Assembly (NCBI GenBank): GCA_043804895.1 | Contig: JAZDIN010000025.1 | Span: 1 to 64,000, forward strand | DNA from: Candidatus Altiarchaeota archaeon | Lineage (GTDB): Archaea; Altiarchaeota; Altiarchaeia; IMC4; SCGC-AAA252-I15 | DNA: 64,000 nucleotides | Direction: 5' to 3' | Shown: positions 37,783 through 47,612 of the stretch, piece by piece | How the letters are laid out: the number at the start of each line of letters is the position of its first letter | How positions within the stretch are numbered: position 1 is the stretch's first letter | The notes under the pieces: generated by a model | Seen by the model: only the letters and a program-made list of their open reading frames with translations | The model's database searches: none | What the model was told of the DNA's origin: nothing | Program-made: the position numbers and the translations under genes

Positions 37783-38148
37783 TTGGCTGACAGGATGCTT
37801 TACGCGGCCTTGTTCGTCTCAGTATTGGGTTTGTTTTTGATTTCATTCATCTCTCCGTCGATTAAGCCTCCGCGTTCCAGCGTCTGTGATGTAACATCAT
37901 CCTCGCTTGAGAAGGTTGTCGTGGTAGGAGGCAACATCACAAGGGTTCATGAGTTCAAGGGCGGGAGTATGGCCTTGACTTTGTCTGACAGTGGTTGCGA
38001 CATTGAAGTCTACCTGTCATATGACGTTGCAGCATCACTCAACAGCACCACCCTACTTGGTAGGCGTGTGGAGTTGTCGGGGGTTGTGCAGATTTATCGG
38101 GGTAGGGTGGAGGTTGTGGTTGAGAAGCCTACTTTGGTGTTGAGATGA
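37783..38148 (+). CDS. Membrane-anchored OB-fold protein
   Basis: N-terminal TM; V.V.G.I..V...LTLSD..CDIEV...GRRVELSGVVQIYRGRVEVVV OB-fold pattern. Confidence 0.75.
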   Translation: MADRMLYAALFVSVLGLFLISFISPSIKPPRSSVCDVTSSSLEKVVVVGGNITRVHEFKGGSMALTLSDSGCDIEVYLSYDVAASLNSTTLLGRRVELSGVVQIYRGRVEVVVEKPTLVLR

Positions 38149-38924
38149 TACGCGCGTCTGACCTTAGCAGGTTCACGTACTGTGCTCGCCTCATCTACCT
38201 ATACTCAGTGCTTGGCTTGGAAGAAGAAAAAACTCCAGAGCGGATTAGGGGCGTCGTAGGCCATGCAGTGAGGCGTGAATTGTCTATGAGGCAGGCTCGC
38301 CTATTGGGGGGTATTCGCTCAGAGGAGGATGTGTATCATATCCTGTGTATGGAGCTTGATTCAGCTTTCTCTGACCTGCCGTGCATATTTGCGCAGGAGT
38401 GGTCAGCACTGCATTCTATCTTAATACCTGAAGTCAAGGCTGAAGTGCTAGCTGAATTGGATACACTCCAGAAGGATTTGGAGGCTATGGTCGAGGACGT
38501 CGGCTTCGAGAGGGCATTGAAGATAGTCACCCCCTGGAGGATAGAATACAACCTGAAGTCCGACTCTCTGGGCCTTTCAGGCCGCGTTGACAAGATAATG
38601 TATAACAGTGGTCTGGTCCCAGTTGACATAAAGACCGGTGTTGCCTCTGAGTTGGGGTGGGAAAGCGACAGGATACAGTTGTGCGCCTACGGTATGCTCA
38701 TGGAAGACAAATTCAGCGGAAACATACCCTACGGTCTTTTAGAGTACACGAGAATTGCGAAGAGGAGGCCGGTCTTGTTCACAGAGGAACTGAGGCGACA
38801 GGTGTTTGACGCCCGTGACGGCGTTCAAGAAATCCTGGAGGGGGCGGCCCCAGACGTGTGCCCGCATGGTCAGCCGAGAAAATGTGAGTCATGCAATCTA
38901 AGGGATGAATGCTACAGGAATTAG
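38145..38924 (+). CDS. cas4: Stand-alone Cas4-family RecB-like Fe-S nuclease
   Basis: YCAR, GRVDKI, PVDIKTG, QLCAY, C-terminal C...CESC.....C cluster ligands. Confidence 0.88.
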   Translation: MIRASDLSRFTYCARLIYLYSVLGLEEEKTPERIRGVVGHAVRRELSMRQARLLGGIRSEEDVYHILCMELDSAFSDLPCIFAQEWSALHSILIPEVKAEVLAELDTLQKDLEAMVEDVGFERALKIVTPWRIEYNLKSDSLGLSGRVDKIMYNSGLVPVDIKTGVASELGWESDRIQLCAYGMLMEDKFSGNIPYGLLEYTRIAKRRPVLFTEELRRQVFDARDGVQEILEGAAPDVCPHGQPRKCESCNLRDECYRN

Positions 38925-39124
38925 TCCTTCTTCTTAGCCTTCTGCTTTATCTTCTTCGTGATGTATCCTGCGACCTTGTTCCTTATGCTCTTGCTCGTTA
39001 TGTCAGTGTAGTGTCCGACCTTCTTCTTGTTGTCCTGGAACTCTGACTTCGTGAAGGCGTCAGGATACTCCTTCAATAGCTTCTCCGCGATCCTCTTCAA
39101 GTACGTCTGCTTAATCCTACCCAT
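38921..39124 (-). CDS. rps17e: 30S ribosomal protein S17e
   Basis: [30 protein letters not shown]. Confidence 0.96.
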   Translation of the reverse strand: MGRIKQTYLKRIAEKLLKEYPDAFTKSEFQDNKKKVGHYTDITSKSIRNKVAGYITKKIKQKAKKKD

Positions 39125-39166
39125 TGTCTTACCATAACGCATTAGGGGTTTAAAAAAGCAAGATAT

Positions 39167-39247
39167 CTGTTCCCTTCAGGAACAGCACCTGTCCTGGTAT
39201 GGTTTGGCAAATATCAGCTTATCAAACCAGCGGCTTCAGCCGCTGGT
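39167..39247. repeat. Two intergenic hairpins
   Basis: CTGTTCC-CTTCA-GGAACAG and ACCAGCGGCT-TC-AGCCGCTGGT. Confidence 0.7.
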
Positions 39248-39257
39248 CGTTGATACC

Positions 39258-40130
39258 TCAGGTTAGCAGGTCAGTCAGCTTGACCTTCTTTTCAGGCCGC
39301 TTAATCCCCGGTTCTCCTTTTATCCCGCCAAGCTCCGCTGCCATTTTAACAGCATCGTCCAATCCACCTAACTCATCAACTAACCCCAGCTCCTTAGCCT
39401 CACTCCCCAGGTAAATCTTCCCCTGTGATATGTTACTGACGTAAGCCATGCTCAGGTTGCGGTTCTTTGCGACATCAGAAGTGAAACTGTAATAAACCTT
39501 ATCCATCATACCCTGCAACTCTCCCTTCTCCTCCTCTGTCATAGGCCTGTAAGGGCTTGCGATGTCCTTGCTATCACCTGCCTTCAGCACTGTGACGTTG
39601 ACGCCAATCTTGTCCATGAGTCCATAGTAGTGGGTGACCGGCATGATAACCCCTATGCTCCCAGTCATCGAATCCTCGTCAGCCATGACCTTGTCCGCTG
39701 CGGAGGCCGCATAGTACGCCCCTGAAGCTCCAATTTCCCCTATCCATGCAACGGTTGGTTTCTCAGTCTTCTTCACAGCCCTCATAAGCTCCCTTGACGC
39801 TACGACGTTTCCACCGCCTGAGTAAACGTCCAACACTATAGCCTTAACGTTGAAGTCACTTTCAGCCTCCTTAAGCTGGGACTTTATCTCATCAACGTCT
39901 GCGCAGCTTTCAGTGAATAGGATGCTAGTTGGGCAGCCGCCTAATGTGATCTCACCGTGGATTGGGATGATGGCAACATCCCCCCCTCCAATGGTGGGCA
40001 TGTCGAATCCGCTCATCAGGCCGGCCATGATGAAAGCTATGATAAGCACAAACAGCCCCAACACCCCGAAGGTCACAACAACCTTCCAAAAAGTCCGCAC
40101 CACCAACACCTCTACAACTATAATACGCAA
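39258..40130 (-). CDS. sppA: Signal peptide peptidase SppA (S49)
   Basis: SGGG, GASGAYY, TGSIGV, KDIASPYR, GLVDELG; true start may be GTG near 40100. Confidence 0.93.
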   Translation of the reverse strand: MRIIVVEVLVVRTFWKVVVTFGVLGLFVLIIAFIMAGLMSGFDMPTIGGGDVAIIPIHGEITLGGCPTSILFTESCADVDEIKSQLKEAESDFNVKAIVLDVYSGGGNVVASRELMRAVKKTEKPTVAWIGEIGASGAYYAASAADKVMADEDSMTGSIGVIMPVTHYYGLMDKIGVNVTVLKAGDSKDIASPYRPMTEEEKGELQGMMDKVYYSFTSDVAKNRNLSMAYVSNISQGKIYLGSEAKELGLVDELGGLDDAVKMAAELGGIKGEPGIKRPEKKVKLTDLLT

Positions 40131-40137
40131 GGCCTAT

Positions 40138-40320
40138 AAAGAGCTGACGCGTCAGCTCGCACCGAAATGAATTGTGCCTTCTCCAGAAGGCACGAATGCA
40201 TTATCACGCCCAGTGCTGTCGAGCGTTAGCGATGTGACCGAGATTTTTGTCTCGGACACACACCCGACGCTTTGCGTCGGTTGTGAGACAGCACCTTCGC
40301 GAGCCTTAGTAAGGCTCTTT
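40138..40320. repeat. MITE-like multi-hairpin element abutting the tRNA-Gly 3' end
   Basis: Ends are inverted copies of AAAGAGC-stem-GCTCGC; several internal hairpins. Confidence 0.65.
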
Positions 40321-40393
40321 GCGACTGCCGGGATTTGAACCCAGGTCGCGAGATTGGCAACCTCGAGTGATAGCCAGACTACACTACAGTCGC
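40320..40393 (-). tRNA. tRNA-Gly(GCC)
   Basis: Reverse complement GCGACTG-TA-GTGT-AGTCTGGCTA-TCAC-T-CGAGG-TTGCCAA-TCTCG-CGAC-CTGGG-TTCAAAT-CCCGG-CAGTCGC-A; no encoded CCA. Confidence 0.95.
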
Positions 40394-40424
40394 GTTTTTT
40401 GTGGATTTAATATATGCACTGATC

Positions 40425-41729
40425 TTAAATATACTCGTTTTTGAGCAGGTGTTTAACTGCTTCGTGTAGGTTTTTGAACGTGTAGTCTGGTTTGACATCG
40501 TATTTGCCGTCTCTGCAGGCGTGGCCTGTTTTCACGCCAACGGTCTTTATTCCCGCGTTTTTGCCGAGTTTTATGTCTCTTGTCGAGTCTCCGATTATGT
40601 ACGATTTTTTCAGGTCTATGTTGAACCTTCTAGCTGCCTCCCTTATCATCCCCGTCTTCGGCTTACGGCATTCGCAGTCTGTCTTGTATCTTCGATTTTC
40701 CCCGTTGTATCCTCTATCCGGGTGGTGGGGGCACCAGTAGATTGCATCTAGTTTTGCGCCTTCCTTGCCAAGGAGGGTTTCCATCTTCTTATGGACCTCC
40801 TCAACATCTTTGAAGGTGCAGAGGCCTCTTGCCACGACCGGCTGGTTTGTTACTACGATAGCAAGGTGTCCTGATTCGTTTATCCTTCTTATCGCCTCTA
40901 CCGAGCCTGGGATGAGTTCGAAGTTTATGGCTTCGTTGAGGAGGTGTCTTTCCACGTTTATGACTCCGTCTCTATCAAGAAAGAATGCAGGCCTCTTTTT
41001 CTCTAGGTTGTATTTTCTTGGCAGTCCCCTTGTGTAGTCCCTCCTCACCTGCCTCAGCCTTTCAGGGGTCCCCATGTCCTTTATGTATTCCGGCGTGTTG
41101 TATCCGAATACTCTTTCCTTTGCCTTAATCATCCTTGGGAACACTTCCCTGTAAAGGTCTGATTTTCCCCTTCTTGGTATATGCCTGAGTACTCTCTCAG
41201 ATAGAACGTGAACTCCGGCGTTGACAAGGTTAGTGTAGAATCTGCCATTCTGCATTGGTTTCCGGTGGAAGGCCGTTATCCTACACCGTGAATCCATTTC
41301 CAGGAGGTCTGAGTCATTTGGGTGGTTGTTCGGGTGTATTGTTAGCGTGGCGTTGGCTTTTTTTGCCTTGTGGAATTCCACAAGTTTTTTCAGGTTCATG
41401 TCCACCATTACGTCGCCGTTGAGGAGGATGAAGTATCCTTTGATTTTTCCTTCAATCAGTCTAAGGCAGCCTGCAGACCCAAGTGGTTTGTCTTCGATGG
41501 AGTATTCGATTCTGGCTTTGAATCCCCTCCCGTCTCCGAAGTGGTCCTCTATCCTCCCGGACACGTGGCCTGTGCAGAGTATTATGTCCTTGAACCCGTA
41601 TCTTGTGAGCAGTCTTATCTGGTGTTCTAGTAGTGGCTTACCACCCACTTCGATCATAGGTTTCGGGGTTTTTTCAGTCAGTTTCCCGAGTCTTTCACCT
41701 CTGCCGCCTGCGAGTATTACTGCCTTCAT
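40425..41729 (-). CDS. Fused sugar-1-phosphate nucleotidyltransferase (HddC-like) and D,D-heptose-1,7-bisphosphate phosphatase (GmhB)
   Basis: ILAGGRGERL..PKPM N-domain; FLDRDGVIN, VTNQP, CPHHP, CECRKP and IGDS HAD/GmhB C-domain. Confidence 0.9.
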   Translation of the reverse strand: MKAVILAGGRGERLGKLTEKTPKPMIEVGGKPLLEHQIRLLTRYGFKDIILCTGHVSGRIEDHFGDGRGFKARIEYSIEDKPLGSAGCLRLIEGKIKGYFILLNGDVMVDMNLKKLVEFHKAKKANATLTIHPNNHPNDSDLLEMDSRCRITAFHRKPMQNGRFYTNLVNAGVHVLSERVLRHIPRRGKSDLYREVFPRMIKAKERVFGYNTPEYIKDMGTPERLRQVRRDYTRGLPRKYNLEKKRPAFFLDRDGVINVERHLLNEAINFELIPGSVEAIRRINESGHLAIVVTNQPVVARGLCTFKDVEEVHKKMETLLGKEGAKLDAIYWCPHHPDRGYNGENRRYKTDCECRKPKTGMIREAARRFNIDLKKSYIIGDSTRDIKLGKNAGIKTVGVKTGHACRDGKYDVKPDYTFKNLHEAVKHLLKNEYI

Positions 41730-41777
41730 CTTTGGTAGTGATTTAATATTATAAGATAATATCTCTTGGAGGTTGAG

Positions 41778-42767
41778 ATGATAAGTCTACTTGCTGTTTT
41801 GGCGGTCTCGTTTGCGTTCACTTACCTGACTGTCCCCTGGTTCATTCCGCGGCTTTTGAAGGCTAAGATAGCAGGCAGGGACATGAACAAGCAGGGCAAC
41901 ATTGTTGTTCCTGAGATGGGCGGTTTCGCCATCATAGGCGGCTTTTTGGTCGGGGTGCTGTTCGCCATCGCCCTCACCACATTCAATGTGGTTGGCGTGG
42001 AGATGAACCTCACATACGTCCTGGCTTGTCTGTCAACCGTCCTCCTCATGGCATTGATAGGGGTCATAGATGACCTCCTACTCTTGGACCAGCGCGTTAA
42101 GGCAATCCTACCTGTCTTCGCAGCGTTGCCTTTGGTTGCAGTCAGCGCTGGGGTTCAATCGATGGAACTCCCTATTTTCGGCGTGGTCGACTTCGGTATA
42201 CTCTACCCGCTCATCGTAATACCTATCGCAATCACAGGGGCATCCAATGCGACTAACATGCTCGCCGGGTTCAACGGGCTTGAGGCCGGGTTGGGGATTG
42301 TCATGTGCTCGACCGTCGGGTTGGTGGCCTACAGTCTAGGTCGTGTCGAGGCTGTTGTCATCGTGTTCGCGATGCTTGGCGCCCTTTTGGCGTTCCTCAG
42401 GTACAATTGGTACCCTGCCAGGATCCTCATAGGCGATGTCGGGACTTTGAGCATCGGGGCTGTCGTCGCCTCGTCCGTGATTGTCGGCAACATAGAGAAG
42501 GTCGGCATCATACTGATAGCTCCATTCTTCCTCGAGCTTTACCTTAAGGCAAGAAGCAGGTTTAAGGCGCAATCATGGTGCGAGCTTAAGGGTGGCAGGC
42601 TCCTCTGCCCTAAGTTGAGCGAGGTTTATGGCATTGGTCGGCTTGTAATGTATATCAACGGGGGGGTATCGGAGAGGAAGCTTGTGCTGAGCATCATAGC
42701 GTTCGAGTGTCTCTTCGCATTACTTGCGTTGTATTCGTTTTCTGGGGTTTTATTGGCTACCATATGA
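41778..42767 (+). CDS. UDP-GlcNAc:dolichyl-phosphate GlcNAc-1-P transferase (AglH/GPT, MraY-like)
   Basis: GRDMNK, VPEMGG, GVIDD, NATNMLAGFNGLE, YNWYPARILIGDVG. Confidence 0.9.
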   Translation: MISLLAVLAVSFAFTYLTVPWFIPRLLKAKIAGRDMNKQGNIVVPEMGGFAIIGGFLVGVLFAIALTTFNVVGVEMNLTYVLACLSTVLLMALIGVIDDLLLLDQRVKAILPVFAALPLVAVSAGVQSMELPIFGVVDFGILYPLIVIPIAITGASNATNMLAGFNGLEAGLGIVMCSTVGLVAYSLGRVEAVVIVFAMLGALLAFLRYNWYPARILIGDVGTLSIGAVVASSVIVGNIEKVGIILIAPFFLELYLKARSRFKAQSWCELKGGRLLCPKLSEVYGIGRLVMYINGGVSERKLVLSIIAFECLFALLALYSFSGVLLATI

Positions 42768-43888
42768 TGAAAGTCTGCATGGTTTCAAAGCACTTCCTCC
42801 CCTACTCTGGGGGTTTGGAGGTGAGGGTTCTGGAGCTGGCAAGGTGGCTTGTCGGCAAGGGAGAGAAGGTTCTGGTTTTGACCACTCACGAGCCCAGAAC
42901 CAAGTCATCAGAAGTTGTTGACGGCGTTGATGTGAGCAGGTCGAAGGTCTGGTTCAGTCTGTTCAACGGGCCATTCTCCCCAGGAGTGCTTCTTGACCTG
43001 TTAGAAAGAGAATATGACATTATTGACGTGAACCTTCCCGACCCTGTGGGTAGCGTCTGGGCTTACATCGCTTCTGTCATCAGGGGTAAGCCTCTATTCG
43101 TAACTTACCATGCCGACATATTGAAGGACGGGATAATCTTCCTACCTCTTAAAATAATATACGGCCCACTACACTGGATTCTGTTGCGGCGTGCTGTCAG
43201 AATCTTCGTAACATCCCCGAACTACGCACAGTCCTCGGCGGTGCTTTCTGGATTCATGGCCAAGGTCGTGGTCGCTCCAAGCTTCGTGGACCTTAAGAGG
43301 TACAATCCCTCGGTTGACAACTCAAAGGTCAGGGAGAAAATGGGTCTTTCAGGCAGGAAAGTTGTGTTGTTCGTAGGCAGGCTCGTGGAGTACAAGGGTT
43401 TAGATTACCTCGTCGAGGCAGCTGGAATGTTGAGCGATGCGGTTTTCGTGATTGTCGGCGACGGTCCCCTGAGAGGCAGACTGGAAAGGAAGGTATTGGC
43501 GTCTGGTGTCAAAAACGTACTCCTCGCAGGCCATGTCGGTGATGGCGAGCTTTCTGGCTACTACGGTGCTTGCGACGTCTTCGTCCTGCCTTCTGTCACG
43601 CGGCAGGAGGCGTTCGGCCTAGTCCTTGTTGAGGCGATGGCGTGCGGCAAACCCGTCGTCTCAACGAACTTCTCAGGGATGCCCTATGTCGTCGACGGCG
43701 GCGGCCTCCTGGTGGAACCCAGAGACGCTGTTGCATTAGCTGAGGCATTGGGCAAGATACTTGCGGACAGTGCCCTGGCATCTGACCTGGCGGAGAAGGG
43801 CGTTAAGAGGGTCAGGGATTTCTTTGCAAGGGATGTCGTGTGCTCTAAGATTAGTGAAATATATAAGTCTTCTGTTCGTAAGGGATAA
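42764..43888 (+). CDS. Glycosyltransferase family 4
   Basis: GGLE, FVGRLVEYKG, PSVTRQEAFGLVLVEAMACG. Confidence 0.93.
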   Translation: MMKVCMVSKHFLPYSGGLEVRVLELARWLVGKGEKVLVLTTHEPRTKSSEVVDGVDVSRSKVWFSLFNGPFSPGVLLDLLEREYDIIDVNLPDPVGSVWAYIASVIRGKPLFVTYHADILKDGIIFLPLKIIYGPLHWILLRRAVRIFVTSPNYAQSSAVLSGFMAKVVVAPSFVDLKRYNPSVDNSKVREKMGLSGRKVVLFVGRLVEYKGLDYLVEAAGMLSDAVFVIVGDGPLRGRLERKVLASGVKNVLLAGHVGDGELSGYYGACDVFVLPSVTRQEAFGLVLVEAMACGKPVVSTNFSGMPYVVDGGGLLVEPRDAVALAEALGKILADSALASDLAEKGVKRVRDFFARDVVCSKISEIYKSSVRKG

Positions 43889-43891
43889 CCG

Positions 43892-44902
43892 ATGGTCATA
43901 CACACTCGCGCCCCTGTCAGGATAAGTTTCGGAGGCGGCGGAACCGACGTTTCACCATATACTGAAGAACATGGTGGATGCGTCGTCAGCGCCGCAATAA
44001 ACAAGTACGCATCGGGTAGTGTGGAGTTGAGGAAGGACAGGGAAATCCACCTGAAAGACAGCCACACCAAAGGTTTGACATTCAAGTCCACTGATGACAT
44101 AAAATACGGGACTCCACTCGACCTCCTTGCCGCAGTCGTCAAGAACATGCACTCCACTAAGGAAGGCCTCAACCTTAGGCTGCGTGGCGACGTGCCTCCA
44201 AGAAGCGGACTCGGGTCCTCGGCTTCGGCGTTCATAGCGCTGATAGGATTGTTCAATCACATGCGAAGGGAGTCGAGGATGACGGACTACGAGATAGCGG
44301 AGCTAGCGTACAACCTCGAACGCGAGGAACTCCACAACAAAGGCGGACGCCAGGACCAGTACGCGTCAGTGTTTGGGGGCATCAACTACATCGAGTTCCG
44401 CGGCCACGATTTCGTGAGGGTTAATCCAGTCCGGATGAGGAGGGCTCACCATCTTGAGCTTGAGAAAAACCTTGTACTCGTCCACATCATGGAACGCAGC
44501 AAATCAGGTGACATAATCTCAGACCAGATAGACTCCTATGTGAAGGGGAAGAAGGAAGTTGTGGCGGCTCTCCACAAAGTCAAAGCCCTAGCGGAGGAAA
44601 CCCACCACTCCCTCAGAAAAGGAGACCTCAACCGCTTCGGCGAGCTCCTGCACGAAGGATGGGTTGAGAAGAAAAAGTTCAGCCCGATGATGAGCAACGA
44701 ACACATAGACCGGCTGTACGAGAAGGCCCGCAAGCACGGCGCAATCGGGGGGAAGATAGGCGGAGCCGGCGGCGGAGGCCACATGATACTCTACTGCGAA
44801 TCAGGCAGGGAGGAAGAAGTCGCGAAGGTCTTCTCAGACGCTGGCTCGACAGTGAGAAGTTTCAGCTTTGACATGCACGGGCTTCAGACCTGGGAGGTGT
44901 GA
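43892..44902 (+). CDS. hddA: D-glycero-alpha-D-manno-heptose-7-phosphate kinase-like GHMP kinase
   Basis: RAPVRISFGGGGTD, PPRSGLGSS, GGRQDQY, GGKIGGAGGGG. Confidence 0.85.
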   Translation: MVIHTRAPVRISFGGGGTDVSPYTEEHGGCVVSAAINKYASGSVELRKDREIHLKDSHTKGLTFKSTDDIKYGTPLDLLAAVVKNMHSTKEGLNLRLRGDVPPRSGLGSSASAFIALIGLFNHMRRESRMTDYEIAELAYNLEREELHNKGGRQDQYASVFGGINYIEFRGHDFVRVNPVRMRRAHHLELEKNLVLVHIMERSKSGDIISDQIDSYVKGKKEVVAALHKVKALAEETHHSLRKGDLNRFGELLHEGWVEKKKFSPMMSNEHIDRLYEKARKHGAIGGKIGGAGGGGHMILYCESGREEEVAKVFSDAGSTVRSFSFDMHGLQTWEV

Positions 44903-46065
44903 GTTTGAGACTCGGCTACGTCAGCCAGTACTTCACCAGAGAGTACCGCGGCCCAGTCACTAACCTCCTTATTGAGCTTTCGAAGAAGGTTGACGTCGTC
45001 AACTACTCCTCAAAAGAAAGGCATGCCCAATACTACTCCGGCGGCGTCCACGCCATGGATTCCGAGAAAATCGGCGACCACCTCAGCCTGCGCAGGTATG
45101 AGGTTGGCTTGAAGTTGTCTGGTGTTCTCTTTCCGAAGAATCTCACCCCACTCATCTCGCAGGACAAGCTGGACATTATACAGTCTGAAGAATACTATCA
45201 GCCTGCGTCGCACATCGCATTCAAACATGCGCGGAAAAATGGCATACCATTTATATTCAACCACCGTGGAAGCGAGGAGCGGAAAAGAACGCTGAAGGAG
45301 CGCGTTTTCTTCACTATGGCGAATCCAATGAGTAGAGGCCTTGTCGAAGGCTCAGACGCGATTGTGTGCATCTCTGAGGCAGGGAAGAAGGCGTTGTGTG
45401 TTGTATTCCCCAAGGCACAGGACAAAGTCCACGTAATACCGAATTCAATAGACCCGCTATTATTCGACGGAGCAAATGGTCGCTCGTTCAGGTATGAATA
45501 CAGGATACCTGAAGCAAGCCCGCTCCTCCTATGTGTCGCCCGCCTACACTTCCAAAAGAGGATAGACCTCCTAATCAGGACATTCGCTGAGGTGAAGAAA
45601 CAGTCTCCTGATTCAGTCCTTTGCGTCGTAGGTCCGTGGTTTGATGAGGAGAAGAGGAAGGTCGATTCACTAATATCAAAGTTGAGGGTCGATGACGTGG
45701 TATTCACAGGACCTATACCAAACGACAACGTCAAGGACGCCTACGCGGCAGCCGACGTCGTCGCCATGACATCAGAATACGAACCGTTCGGCTACTGCCT
45801 CCTCGAGGCTATGTGCCTTTCCAAACCGGTTGTGGCATTCAACATAGGGGCGGTACCGGAGATAATAGAAGATGGCGTCAGCGGCTATCACATCCCATTT
45901 GCGGACACCAAAGGGTTGGGTATGAAAATCTCAACCCTCCTCAACGACAAGAAACTCTCAAAGAAGATGGGCAAGGAAGGTCTAAGGCGAGTGAACGAGA
46001 AGTTCAGCCTGAGCGACAACTCCAAACGACTGATCAAGCTTTACGAGAGAATGGTGAAAAGATAA
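44899..46065 (+). CDS. Glycosyltransferase family 4
   Basis: VARLHFQKR, SEYEPFGYCLLEAM. Confidence 0.9.
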   Translation: MSLRLGYVSQYFTREYRGPVTNLLIELSKKVDVVNYSSKERHAQYYSGGVHAMDSEKIGDHLSLRRYEVGLKLSGVLFPKNLTPLISQDKLDIIQSEEYYQPASHIAFKHARKNGIPFIFNHRGSEERKRTLKERVFFTMANPMSRGLVEGSDAIVCISEAGKKALCVVFPKAQDKVHVIPNSIDPLLFDGANGRSFRYEYRIPEASPLLLCVARLHFQKRIDLLIRTFAEVKKQSPDSVLCVVGPWFDEEKRKVDSLISKLRVDDVVFTGPIPNDNVKDAYAAADVVAMTSEYEPFGYCLLEAMCLSKPVVAFNIGAVPEIIEDGVSGYHIPFADTKGLGMKISTLLNDKKLSKKMGKEGLRRVNEKFSLSDNSKRLIKLYERMVKR

Positions 46066-47612
46066 TGGCAGATGAGATATCCCTGAAGGACGTGATGCTG
46101 AAGGCAAGCGTCACAATGATGGCAATCATGGTAGCCTCAAGATTCCTAGGTTACTTATTCCACCTAATATTCGTCAGGTCATTCCCCCAAGAAGATTACG
46201 GCACATTCATCTTCGTCTGGTCCATGGGCCTCTTCCTGTGCGGTCTCATACCCAACATACCTGCTGCCATGGGCCGTTACGTCGCATTCTACCGCGGCGG
46301 AAAAGACAGTAAGGGGTTGGAGTCTACAATATCCACCGGCCTACTACTCAACACCGCTCTTTTAATCCTGGCTTTGGCCATCACCTCCACTATTTACCTG
46401 TCTGGATTATACTCATTCGGCATCAAAAACCATCCATCGTTCGCCTTCATGTTATCAGCCATGATACTGACCTCAGTGAGTTGCCTCTTTGGAGGCATAC
46501 TCACCGGCCACCGAAGGCCGGAGGTCTCGTCGTTCTTCAACTTCCTACAGAACCTGCTTAGAATATCAGCTGTTGTCTTAGCGGCACTGCTTTTGGCGTC
46601 CCTATGGGGTGTCATGGTCCTTGTGGCATTCTCATTCCTTCTTTCCACAATGCTCCTCATTATATACGAGCACAGGACCTACGGCTTCGGTCGCTCATTC
46701 GACGCTGGCATTGCGAAGAAACTCATCGGTTTCGGGTTTTTCAGCATCATCCACGTGACCTCAAACAACATGCTCTCCTGGGCTAACATATTCCTCCTGC
46801 AGTTCTTCCTAAGTTCGGCAGTCGTTGCGGTCTACAACGTCGCATGGCTTGCATCGACAGTCAATTTGCTCTTCTTCACAGCTGTGCTTCAGATATTCTC
46901 CCCCGTGGTGACTGAGCTGTTCGGTGCCAAGAAAAGTGAAAGGATATCCTACATCACCTCCTACCTCATTGAATCATTCTTCCTCCTGTTCCTACCCATT
47001 TTCCTCGCGGTGTTTATTTTCGCTCGTGAAATCCTTGTCCTGTTCGTAACTTCAGACTACCTCCAGGCAGCTGACCCCCTTCGAATACTCTCATTAAACG
47101 CGTTCTTCTTCGGCATAGCGATGCTATTCATAGAGCTTATCAACGCGGAAGGCAGGCCTGAGCTTAACGCCAGGAACATCGGATTCGGTGCACTGTTGAA
47201 TTTGGCCCTGAACCTGTTGTTAATACCTCCGTTAGGGATGTTTGGCTCAGCGTTGGCGACGCTCGCATCATCAGTCGCAATACTGCTTCTGTCATACGGT
47301 CACGTGAGGGGCGTAGTGCGACTGTCATACTCTCCCCTCAGGATATGCAAACTATTCGCATCCTCGATTCTAACCATCCTCTCCATCTCTGTCATCAAGG
47401 AGGCTGTTGAGGCCTCGGTAATATCACTCGTCTTGTCGTCAGTATCCCTCGTCCTCATCTACTGCCTGCTGGTTGTCGCATTGAAGTCCCTACGGCAGGA
47501 GGACGTGATGCTGGCATCGACTCTTATGGACAAGTTCAAGATCCCGACCGTACTCAGACATGGTATCTCACGCCTCCTAGGATACGGCGTCTACTCTAAG
47601 ACTTCCTCGTAA
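46065..47612 (+). CDS. Oligosaccharide flippase (Wzx/MOP family)
   Basis: About 14 TM, DYG.F and VAVYNVA motifs, PPLGMFGSALAT; start reset to ATG 46065. Confidence 0.88.
   Translation: MADEISLKDVMLKASVTMMAIMVASRFLGYLFHLIFVRSFPQEDYGTFIFVWSMGLFLCGLIPNIPAAMGRYVAFYRGGKDSKGLESTISTGLLLNTALLILALAITSTIYLSGLYSFGIKNHPSFAFMLSAMILTSVSCLFGGILTGHRRPEVSSFFNFLQNLLRISAVVLAALLLASLWGVMVLVAFSFLLSTMLLIIYEHRTYGFGRSFDAGIAKKLIGFGFFSIIHVTSNNMLSWANIFLLQFFLSSAVVAVYNVAWLASTVNLLFFTAVLQIFSPVVTELFGAKKSERISYITSYLIESFFLLFLPIFLAVFIFAREILVLFVTSDYLQAADPLRILSLNAFFFGIAMLFIELINAEGRPELNARNIGFGALLNLALNLLLIPPLGMFGSALATLASSVAILLLSYGHVRGVVRLSYSPLRICKLFASSILTILSISVIKEAVEASVISLVLSSVSLVLIYCLLVVALKSLRQEDVMLASTLMDKFKIPTVLRHGISRLLGYGVYSKTSS

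Noticed and set aside
38145-38924. CRISPR-Cas locus suggested by cas4
   Set aside because: I saw no repeat-spacer array and no cas1/cas2 or effector genes in the window.
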